A DNA stretch of 64,000 bases, from positions 62,001 through 126,000 of the IMG/VR virus record IMGVR_UViG_3300042907_001080; one strand, written 5' to 3'. Both the position numbers and the translations under genes were made by a program. The notes beneath the pieces are model-generated. The model made no database searches, was not told where the DNA came from, and saw nothing but the letters and a program-made list of their open reading frames with translations. Positions 35,633 through 43,004 of this stretch are shown in pieces; within the stretch, counting starts at the first letter, position 1, and every line of letters begins with the position of its first letter.

Positions 35633-36496
35633 ATGGACCAAATTCCTAATTACAGTCAGCCAAAAAAGAACCCGCTGGCCAGCTTTTATAGACAGCCAAA
35701 GATCTATGTCAAACTACCAAGCAAGGGCGAGTTCTATCCACCTGGCAGTTTGGATGTCAGTGCCAACGGAGAATATCCTGTTTATGCAATGACTGCCAAA
35801 GATGAACTACTGTTTAAAACTCCGGATGCCTTGTTAAGCGGACAAAGCACTGTGGAATTGATCAAGAGCTGTATTCCAGCGATAACCAATCCCTGGGCTA
35901 TGCCAAACATAGATCTAGACTTTGCTCTGATAGCCATACGCATTGCTACCTACGGAGACAAGATGGAAGTGGGGTGTAACTGTCCTCATTGTGAAGCTGA
36001 AAACAGCTACGACATCGATCTCACTGCTTGGTTTGGTGTGTTCAACAATTTCCAATACGAAAAAGACATACCAATAGATCAACTAACAGTGCATGTGCGT
36101 CCGTATACCTACAAAGAAGTCACAAAAACTGCAATCCAAACCATGGAGCAGCAGAGAATATTCCAGATCATCAATGATGACACCCTCACAGACGAAGTCA
36201 AACTAGAAAGATTTGGCGCTAGTTTTATCAAGCTCACAGAACTCACAGTGGATATCATTGCAGACTGTATCACTGCCATAGATGCACCAGAAGGCACTGT
36301 TACTGATCAAGCTATGATCAAAGAGTTTATTGCAAACTGTGCCAAAGATGTATTTGAAAAAATACAGAACCATGTGATACAGATGAAAGACAACATTCAG
36401 TTTGAAGCACAAAACGTTACCTGTGGAGAATGTAATAAGTCATTTAGCTTGCCTATTACAATGGATCAGGCAAATTTTTTCGCCGTAAAATCTTAA
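35633..36496 (+). CDS. gp26: baseplate hub assembly protein (gp26-like)
   Basis: NPL..F.RQPKIY..LPS.G.FY, MTAKDEL, D.D..LIAIR.ATYG, two CxxC motifs (CPHC, CGEC), C-terminal NFF. Confidence 0.75.
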   Translation: MDQIPNYSQPKKNPLASFYRQPKIYVKLPSKGEFYPPGSLDVSANGEYPVYAMTAKDELLFKTPDALLSGQSTVELIKSCIPAITNPWAMPNIDLDFALIAIRIATYGDKMEVGCNCPHCEAENSYDIDLTAWFGVFNNFQYEKDIPIDQLTVHVRPYTYKEVTKTAIQTMEQQRIFQIINDDTLTDEVKLERFGASFIKLTELTVDIIADCITAIDAPEGTVTDQAMIKEFIANCAKDVFEKIQNHVIQMKDNIQFEAQNVTCGECNKSFSLPITMDQANFFAVKS

Positions 36497-36555
36497 CGTT
36501 ATCCTTGCCGGAGATTTTACGGGAATCTGATCGCTTAGATAAAGAAGGCAAGGAT
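36472..36555 (+). promoter_or_regulatory. programmed -1 ribosomal frameshift signal (slippery site plus pseudoknot)
   Basis: In-frame A_AAT_TTT and T_TTT_TTC; stem 1 36483-93/36512-22 (11 bp), stem 2 36501-09/36547-55 (9 bp), stem 3 36525-30/36535-40; the -1 frame is open into the next ORF. Confidence 0.75.
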
Positions 36556-36708
36556 CTCAAAAAAGAATGCATGAAACTGTGTTGGTACATGCGTGGACTC
36601 AGTTTTGCTGAAGTTATGCACATGAGCTGGGACGAGCGAGAAATAATTGCAGAGATTGTTAAAGAAAATCTCGAAACTACAAGAAAAACAGGACTACCTT
36701 TCTTTTAG
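36505..36708 (+). CDS. gp51-like small baseplate assembly segment, probably the C-terminal extension of a frameshift fusion
   Basis: LCWYMRG.S..E...MS..ERE.I...KEN.E.T.K.GLPFF; TTG start with no SD; in the -1 frame relative to the upstream gene. Confidence 0.7.
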   Translation: MPEILRESDRLDKEGKDLKKECMKLCWYMRGLSFAEVMHMSWDEREIIAEIVKENLETTRKTGLPFF

Positions 36709-37130
36709 AGCGTGTTTCTATAAGACTTTAGAGCAAACAAGTCTTGACTATCAAGAGGTCTGCCTCGCAGCACTTTGTCAACGGTAGCACCTAATTCTTT
36801 ATCACTGATATCTCCACGGTAAGTTCTTAATTTTTGTAGACTTGCTGTGTCCAACGACTTGCCGGACATGGCTTGATCAATCAGGGTCTTAAGTTCTGTA
36901 GTGTCAGCGGGAGCTGCATTGGATTTGGTTTTAGATTTTTCAGTGCCGGATGGTTCAAACCATCTAGACGGAGTTAATAGCTTGTCCATCTTGTCTGCAC
37001 CTTTGTCATACTGTAGTTTAGCGTTGGTGCCATCAAGCCATTTACTAGGACTTAACACTTTGTCCATCTTAGACTTGCCTTTTTCGTAGGCCACTGGTCC
37101 AACTTCAACCACAATGTCACGTATTTTCAT
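36705..37130 (-). CDS. hypothetical protein (MKIRDIVVE; probable internal head protein)
   Basis: N-terminal M-K-I-x-D/E motif; internal duplication YEKGKSKMDKVLSPSKW / YDKGADKMDKLLTPSRW. Confidence 0.7.
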   Translation of the reverse strand: MKIRDIVVEVGPVAYEKGKSKMDKVLSPSKWLDGTNAKLQYDKGADKMDKLLTPSRWFEPSGTEKSKTKSNAAPADTTELKTLIDQAMSGKSLDTASLQKLRTYRGDISDKELGATVDKVLRGRPLDSQDLFALKSYRNTL

Positions 37131-38098
37131 TTTCTAAATACGCTGATCGTGCCTTGTGATAATCCGGTTTCAAACATTTTTTGCTTGTGCATTTCCACTC
37201 GTTGAGCCAAAGCTTCTGACAGTGTATTTCCATGATTAATCTTGCTGGCATTTTGTTGAGATAATTGATTAGCCATATTAGCCATCACTTTGTTGCCGGT
37301 GGAACTAGCAGCAGCTGCCGCTTGACGTTTTTCACGTTTACGTATAGCATTTGGTGTTTGACTTACTTGACCCGCTACTCTGCCGCCTCTTTTCTTGGTT
37401 TGAGGTTGATTGGGATTATCTGCAGCCGCGGTGTTTGTGGCACTAACTGGTGCATTGGCCATGGTGTTAGCTGGTGCTGCTGCGGCTCCCGCATCTGCCG
37501 CTGCTGCCGTTGTTGGTTCAGCAGCTGGTGCTGCTGCGGCTCCCGCTGCTGGGGGAGTTGTCGCTGCCGGTGCTGCTCCTACAGCTGGTTTAGGATCAGG
37601 TGTTGCCATCGATTTCTGCAACAACTGTAAAATTCTCTGCTTGCCTTTCTTATCTAACTTGTCTACGTTGGCTTTTACTTGTGCGTAGACTGTTTGTCCT
37701 GCTTTGGCAGTAGTCTGTTTGTCTACTGCTGCGGTTGTTTTAGCTAACGCAGCGCCAGCTGCTCCTGTTTGTGCCACAGCAGGTGCTGTACCTGTAGGAC
37801 CTTGCGCATTGATATCTTTTGCTGAAGGAGTTCCGCCACTTGGTGCTGTTGGCGCTCCACCTGCATCATACCCAGGCTGTCCTTTATTAGGATCAGGATC
37901 ATCGCCTACAAATGCTTTGCCAGCTTGATATCCTTTCTTCATAGCACGACCAGCACCTGCTACCCCACCTGCTACAGCTCCTACAGTGTTAGCTACACCA
38001 CGGGCAGCATTACCTACAACTGAACCGATCTTATTTAAAATAGGTCCTTCTTCAAGATGTTGGGTTTCTGATTCGGTTAATAGTTCATTAATTCTCAT
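37127..38098 (-). CDS. Ala/Pro-rich hypothetical protein (MRINELLTE; probable internal head protein)
   Basis: LTE/LEE protease-type motifs at the N-terminus; low complexity; late promoter ATAAATA at 38127-38133. Confidence 0.7.
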   Translation of the reverse strand: MRINELLTESETQHLEEGPILNKIGSVVGNAARGVANTVGAVAGGVAGAGRAMKKGYQAGKAFVGDDPDPNKGQPGYDAGGAPTAPSGGTPSAKDINAQGPTGTAPAVAQTGAAGAALAKTTAAVDKQTTAKAGQTVYAQVKANVDKLDKKGKQRILQLLQKSMATPDPKPAVGAAPAATTPPAAGAAAAPAAEPTTAAAADAGAAAAPANTMANAPVSATNTAAADNPNQPQTKKRGGRVAGQVSQTPNAIRKREKRQAAAAASSTGNKVMANMANQLSQQNASKINHGNTLSEALAQRVEMHKQKMFETGLSQGTISVFRK

Positions 38099-38129
38099 AT
38101 CAAGGCATTCCTAAAAGGTATAACTTTAT

Positions 38130-38590
38130 TTATTAAAAACGAGCTTGCGCTCGTTTGCGTTTTCGCTTGTCGCTCAACGCGATTGTCTTCTTTTTAATAA
38201 TTATTGACATTGTAATTGCGAAGCAATTCAAGTATTATGCAGATTGTTCAGTCACACTTTGCCCAGGCCGGGCAAAGATAAGAGCATTATGCGAGTTGCA
38301 CAGTACACTCTAGCGTTACAGCATTACAGAGGCGGTCATCCGGTACCTCGAGCTGCGTCTTTATATGACGGCGGCTTACAAACATACGCTAACATGTTTG
38401 CAAACGTGGGGCTTATTTCCCCTCTTTTTGCCTTGTTTTTCTTTTCAAATAACCAAATCGCAGGTCTTGGTAGCGATCGTCATCCTTTCGGGTAGTGGTT
38501 AAGCACCTTTGCGGCAAGGTTTTCCATCCCTGTGTACACGTAGACCAGGTTTAGAGCGCACGAAATTGAGCCTGCGCTAGCCAAAAAACC
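38130..38590 (-). ncRNA. uncharacterised large structured ncRNA and/or replication-origin element
   Basis: ~490-nt intergenic gap in a dense genome; more than 10 stems, several with G-U pairs only on the minus strand; long-range closing helix 38552-61/38303-12. Confidence 0.55.
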
Positions 38591-38593
38591 GCT

Positions 38594-39028
38594 TTATTTT
38601 GCCTGAGATTGTTCTAGTAGACGCTGTCTAAGTATGTTTGATCCGCCAACTCTGACATTTATAATACCATTATAATAGTCATCAGTTTCTAAAACTCTGC
38701 GTTCAAACTGCTCTCTTGCTTCTAAATATGATAGTTCTGCCTTGGACTTGCAAAGGTAAAGTATTTCTCTTGTGAAATTTTCCGGACCTAATGTTTGGAC
38801 GTCTGCGTTTAACCTATCAGATGAACCATAGTATTCGCGCCAATCGCTTTCTACTACACTTCTTCTTTTGAGTTTTTTGCCTTTGAGTGGGGGTTTGGTA
38901 CGTTTGAATTGTGCTAATTTCTTGCCTATGTACTTCTGTCCGGTGGTTTTATTCGTGATTATATAAACAAAGCCAATATAGCCTTCTGGTATTTCGTCTA
39001 TTATTTGATTTTGAAACGTCCATTGCAC
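38594..39028 (-). CDS. GIY-YIG endonuclease (T4 Endo II/DenA- or Seg-like, catalytic domain only)
   Basis: GFVYIITNKTTGQKYIGKK, SDW..YYGSS, F.REIL, E...QF...VL....YYNG.I. Confidence 0.85.
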   Translation of the reverse strand: MQWTFQNQIIDEIPEGYIGFVYIITNKTTGQKYIGKKLAQFKRTKPPLKGKKLKRRSVVESDWREYYGSSDRLNADVQTLGPENFTREILYLCKSKAELSYLEAREQFERRVLETDDYYNGIINVRVGGSNILRQRLLEQSQAK

Positions 39029-39039
39029 TCTTTAATTAG

Positions 39040-39258
39040 TTAAAGCTTCTTGCCTCTCATGCCTTTTCTGGATTCTCGCTGTGCCTTTCGTTTATCTTGT
39101 ATTTCTACTCTTATGATTGATGCCTGTGTGCGTATTTCTGATAGCCATGATCTTGCTTTGATACCTGCTTCGTTGGATTTTTTGTGATGAAATCGATCCT
39201 GCCATTTAAAGTATTCTTGAAAGGCATGGATCATACGATCGTGTGCGTCCGAACTCAT
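39040..39258 (-). CDS. small basic protein, possibly Hc1/histone-H1-like
   Basis: K.N.AG.KAR..L.E......R.EI and a K/R-rich tail. Confidence 0.5.
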   Translation of the reverse strand: MSSDAHDRMIHAFQEYFKWQDRFHHKKSNEAGIKARSWLSEIRTQASIIRVEIQDKRKAQRESRKGMRGKKL

Positions 39259-41033
39259 GCCATAATCTCTATGTCATTGCTATAACTAGTGAATCCATTT
39301 TCTTTGATCACTTTCAGCACGTGATTAACACGACTGGTCAAATCATCTCTATGTGAAATCAAGAACACATTCTTGTCACGCTCACGAGTCATGCGTTTCA
39401 ACACAGCAATACTGGATTCAACACCACTAGCATCCATGCCCGAATCTACAAGTTCGTCGATAAACAACAAATTAATACTGGTGTATAGGTTTTCCCACAC
39501 ATCACGGAACGCCCACGACAAAGATAAGATCAATCTGTTACGTTCTCCACGGCTTAGATTGTCAAAATCTAGATCTTGTCCTAGCTGTGTGATAACCACA
39601 GTTAAATCATTCTGAAACTCCACAGTGTGAGGCAATCCGATCTTGTCCAAATAATATGTCAAACGTTGATTCAAGAACGCAAGATTCTGATCTATTATTC
39701 GTTTGCGAACAAAACTATCTTTGTTGGTCAATAACTTGTGCAAGAACTCTTGATGATCTTTAACACGCACTAGTTCGTTGAGTCCGTTCCAATCTATTTC
39801 CTGCACAGCTGTTTCTTTGAGTTCAACAATCTGATCGTCATAGGGATTTTCTTCTGCAGTCTTGATAGTAATGTCACGCTCTAGGCTGTCTAGGGTATTT
39901 TTATGGTTCAATGCTGCTTCTAAACTATCGTAGGTCACTGAAGGACACGCACCTAGTTCGCCCAGCAGCGATATTGCTTCAGTGATCACACTGAGCTCTT
40001 CGAGATGTTCGTTGATAGCGCCACGGCTTTCTTCAATCTGTGCAGACTTAGCAGACATAATTTCATTATGTTTGGCGTCGTGTAGCTCTTGGCCGCAGGT
40101 ATGACATTTGTGTTCTGTTAGACTGACTAATTCTCGTTCTAGTTTGTCTAGAATACGCTGTTCTTTTTCCAAAGCTGAAGTTTGTTTAGCACTCAGTGAT
40201 GCTAGACTCTCGTGTTCCTTTTTATTTGTATTCCAATCTGCTAATGCTCGCTGATTGACGATTTCTTGATCAATGTCAATGTCGCTGAGCCGATCAATGC
40301 TTTTGAGTAAATTAGTCAGAGCAGTTTCTTTTTGTTCTTCCCACATGCGTTGTTTGCGTATCAACGACTCTATGCTTTGTTGTATTCTTTCGTTGCTGGC
40401 TTTGACAGTTTCTATTCTTGTGTTTTCTGTTGCAATGCTGTCTTTGCTGATTCTAATTGCATCTTTAAGTGCTTCTGCCTTTTCTGACAGTATGGTAATT
40501 CCCAACAACTGTTCAATAATAGCACGTTGATCTGCAGCTTTCATGCTCAAAAAAGGTTCTGTGTAGGTGTTTAATGCAATGAGATGTTTGAACATCTCAT
40601 GTTTCATGCCAAACACTTCTTCAATGGCCTTTTGTGTTTCTCTGCTGTCGCCTTGACTTTCGTCAAGATCGCTGAGCTCTTGTTCTTGATCATTTATACT
40701 GAATCTCAGTAAATTAGGCTTGCGACCTCGCTCGATATGATACTTGACTCCATCTTTTTCAAAAGTCACTGTACACAGCATTCCTTTGCTGTTGATCTTG
40801 TTGATAAGATTATCACGTTTGATATTAGTCAGCGCCTGTCCGTAGATGGCATAACTTAATCCGTTGATAATAGTAGTCTTGCCTGTGCCATTTCTAGCAC
40901 CGCTGTCGTCACCGCCTAGGTCCATATTTTCACCTAGCACCAAGGTAAGCTGACCTTTGTCAAAATCAATGGCCTGGGTCTGATTACCCACGCTCATGAA
41001 GTTGCGCACTGTGAGATTGTTGATTTTAATCAT
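39255..41033 (-). CDS. gp46: recombination endonuclease ATPase subunit (gp46; SbcC/Rad50-like)
   Basis: NFMSVGN, Walker A NGTGKT, CHTC zinc hook, LSRGE signature, LFIDE Walker B, ISH. Confidence 0.95.
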   Translation of the reverse strand: MIKINNLTVRNFMSVGNQTQAIDFDKGQLTLVLGENMDLGGDDSGARNGTGKTTIINGLSYAIYGQALTNIKRDNLINKINSKGMLCTVTFEKDGVKYHIERGRKPNLLRFSINDQEQELSDLDESQGDSRETQKAIEEVFGMKHEMFKHLIALNTYTEPFLSMKAADQRAIIEQLLGITILSEKAEALKDAIRISKDSIATENTRIETVKASNERIQQSIESLIRKQRMWEEQKETALTNLLKSIDRLSDIDIDQEIVNQRALADWNTNKKEHESLASLSAKQTSALEKEQRILDKLERELVSLTEHKCHTCGQELHDAKHNEIMSAKSAQIEESRGAINEHLEELSVITEAISLLGELGACPSVTYDSLEAALNHKNTLDSLERDITIKTAEENPYDDQIVELKETAVQEIDWNGLNELVRVKDHQEFLHKLLTNKDSFVRKRIIDQNLAFLNQRLTYYLDKIGLPHTVEFQNDLTVVITQLGQDLDFDNLSRGERNRLILSLSWAFRDVWENLYTSINLLFIDELVDSGMDASGVESSIAVLKRMTRERDKNVFLISHRDDLTSRVNHVLKVIKENGFTSYSNDIEIMA

Positions 41034-42040
41034 AGTTCGTTATAGATATCCAACAGTAATTTTTTGTCATAGGTATCACTGTCTATGTTATTGATTTGAT
41101 TCATTACAATAGTGTCCACAGATTCAAATGTGATGTCTATGGGATTAACAGCACTTTCTACTTCTACTTTTTCTGGAATTAGCATTAACTCACGCAGTTT
41201 ATACTGCGGCATGAATTGTTCTTTGATAAAGTTTGCTTCTTCGAATGTGATAGGCAAGTCAATGGTCACACGACAATGCATCTTTTCACGCAGCAGCTCA
41301 TCAGGCCTATCGATGATCTGACTCAGCTTGTAGGTTCTGTATATGGGCTGATCGGGCCAAGAATGATATTCGGGTTTGCCACCCCAATCCATGATCATCA
41401 TACCACGATCGTCATCACCTGCGTCTGCATAGTTGTGCGGGAAAGCATTGCCTATATAAACCACATTGCCTTTTTGTTGCCGCTTGTGAAAGTGTCCAGT
41501 AAACACTAATTCTTGATTCTGAAAGTGTCCAGTCTGCAACTGACCGTGATCAGGCATCTGCACCATGGCATTCATATAAAAGTGCGGCAGCTCAAGATGT
41601 CCAAAAATGTATCTGCTTTTCAGTTGTTTTACAGTGGTCCATTCATCACCTATCAGCCAAGGCATGATAGTGACATCCCCTTCTGTGTATAACTCACGTA
41701 TGGGCACAATGTTAGGAAACAATCTCATAAACTCTACAGAGTTGATTTCACGCTTGTCTTTGTAGAATAAATCGTGATTGCCTAGAATGAAATAGACTTT
41801 TTCAAAACTCTGACTGAGTTTTTCCAAGTTGCTCACAGTATAATTCATAGTGCTAACATCAGTGGTACTGCGATTATGATGCCAGTCACCTAGAAATATA
41901 GCTGTTTCGCAGCCTTGTGCTCGAGCTGTGTCACAAAACCAAGACACAAAATCTTCGCAGTCTTGATTATGTGTACGACTTCCGGATTTTAATCCAAAGT
42001 GTATGTCAGTGAAGCATGCAACTTTCTTAAAGAGATTCAT
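41030..42040 (-). CDS. gp47: recombination endonuclease nuclease subunit (gp47; SbcD/Mre11-like)
   Basis: TDIHFG, FLGD, GNHD, GHLE, GHFH metallophosphoesterase motifs. Confidence 0.95.
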   Translation of the reverse strand: MNLFKKVACFTDIHFGLKSGSRTHNQDCEDFVSWFCDTARAQGCETAIFLGDWHHNRSTTDVSTMNYTVSNLEKLSQSFEKVYFILGNHDLFYKDKREINSVEFMRLFPNIVPIRELYTEGDVTIMPWLIGDEWTTVKQLKSRYIFGHLELPHFYMNAMVQMPDHGQLQTGHFQNQELVFTGHFHKRQQKGNVVYIGNAFPHNYADAGDDDRGMMIMDWGGKPEYHSWPDQPIYRTYKLSQIIDRPDELLREKMHCRVTIDLPITFEEANFIKEQFMPQYKLRELMLIPEKVEVESAVNPIDITFESVDTIVMNQINNIDSDTYDKKLLLDIYNEL

Positions 42041-42046
42041 AGATTA

Positions 42047-42075
42047 ATTATAACAGAATATAAATGTAAGGTCAA
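42047..42075 (-). promoter_or_regulatory. sigma70-type promoter for gp47-gp46
   Basis: TTGACC-17 nt-TATAAT with an extended TG; -10 ends 6 nt before the ATG. Confidence 0.7.
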
Positions 42076-42077
42076 AC

Positions 42078-42920
42078 TCAATCTAAACTATCTGTGACAG
42101 TGACTGGTCCGGGAGCGTTCTTACCACCATTGGAGCTGTTTTGACGTGTCCATGAAGGATTCATACCATTCATTTCGAGAATGTCGTCTCGAATGTTTTG
42201 ATTGCGCTTCTCCAGGTTGATAATTCTAACGAATGAATTAGTGACAGCAGCAGTATAGTAAGCAAAAGGATTATCAGATTTACTTTCATCGAATTGGAGT
42301 CCTATTTGAGTTAGTTGAAGAATAGCTTGACCTTTCATTTCGTCATTGTATGTGTAGCCTCTGACGTTGCCTCTGGTGGCATATCTCTCACAGAGCTTGA
42401 TAAACATGCGAGCTAGGTCGTTGGTCATTTGTCCGTGATCTTTTGAAAACTCTCCATGATCAAGATCTCCTTTCCAATGACTTTTGCCCACACAGATCAA
42501 GTTATCGTTGTCATCATATTTCCAATGCTGGAAAGGCGGAAAGTTTACTTTGTCATGACTGTCAGCAGTGTTTTTAAGAGTTTTCTTACGGCCCGGCGCT
42601 AACGGTATGTGTGTAAAGGTCATCACACGAAAAACTAGATCTTGTTTCTGCACTTTGCGATAATCAACTTCAAACTCTTTAGCTGGCATTTTTTTACCAG
42701 CTGCGTATACAGCTGCTTCGTGTGCAGCCTTGGCCATTTTAGATGCTCTATTTCTTTTGGCTTCTGCGATAGTGCGTATGTTCAGTTTGTCTAATGTTGT
42801 GACAATTAAATCGTATTCTTCGTATGCAGGGTCTGTGAAACTACAGTAGGTATTCTTGCTTAGGTGTATTTCTCTTAGTAAATCTTTGTTGGTTAGATAC
42901 TTAATTTTAGGCACAATCAT
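42078..42920 (-). CDS. gp55: late-transcription sigma factor (gp55-like)
   Basis: YLTNKDLL, RGYTY.DEM...A, FD..KS.NPFAY.T....NSF.R.I..EK; next to gp47/gp46 as in T4-like phages. Confidence 0.85.
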   Translation of the reverse strand: MIVPKIKYLTNKDLLREIHLSKNTYCSFTDPAYEEYDLIVTTLDKLNIRTIAEAKRNRASKMAKAAHEAAVYAAGKKMPAKEFEVDYRKVQKQDLVFRVMTFTHIPLAPGRKKTLKNTADSHDKVNFPPFQHWKYDDNDNLICVGKSHWKGDLDHGEFSKDHGQMTNDLARMFIKLCERYATRGNVRGYTYNDEMKGQAILQLTQIGLQFDESKSDNPFAYYTAAVTNSFVRIINLEKRNQNIRDDILEMNGMNPSWTRQNSSNGGKNAPGPVTVTDSLD

Positions 42921-42969
42921 TAGTTAGAATTCTCCGTTATATGTTATATAATAGCACATTTTTATCATA

Positions 42970-42976
42970 ATAAATA
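42970..42976 (+). promoter_or_regulatory. late promoter ATAAATA for the baseplate operon
   Basis: TAAATA core about 30 nt upstream of ATG 43005. Confidence 0.55.
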
Positions 42977-43004
42977 GTCTATATGACAAGGAAATCTGCT
43001 CAAA

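Noticed and set aside
38204-38238. TTGACA...TATTAT sigma70 promoter on the plus strand
   Set aside because: The spacer is about 23 nt, too long.
38244-38495. 83-aa plus-strand ORF in the intergenic region
   Set aside because: TTG start, no SD, no protein-like motif; it lies antisense to the densely base-paired element.
38303-38590. RNase P RNA, tmRNA or self-splicing intron identity for the structured region
   Set aside because: No GAGGAAAGTCC-type RNase P motif, no tRNA-like ends or tag ORF, and the flanking genes look intact. An Rfam search is still needed.
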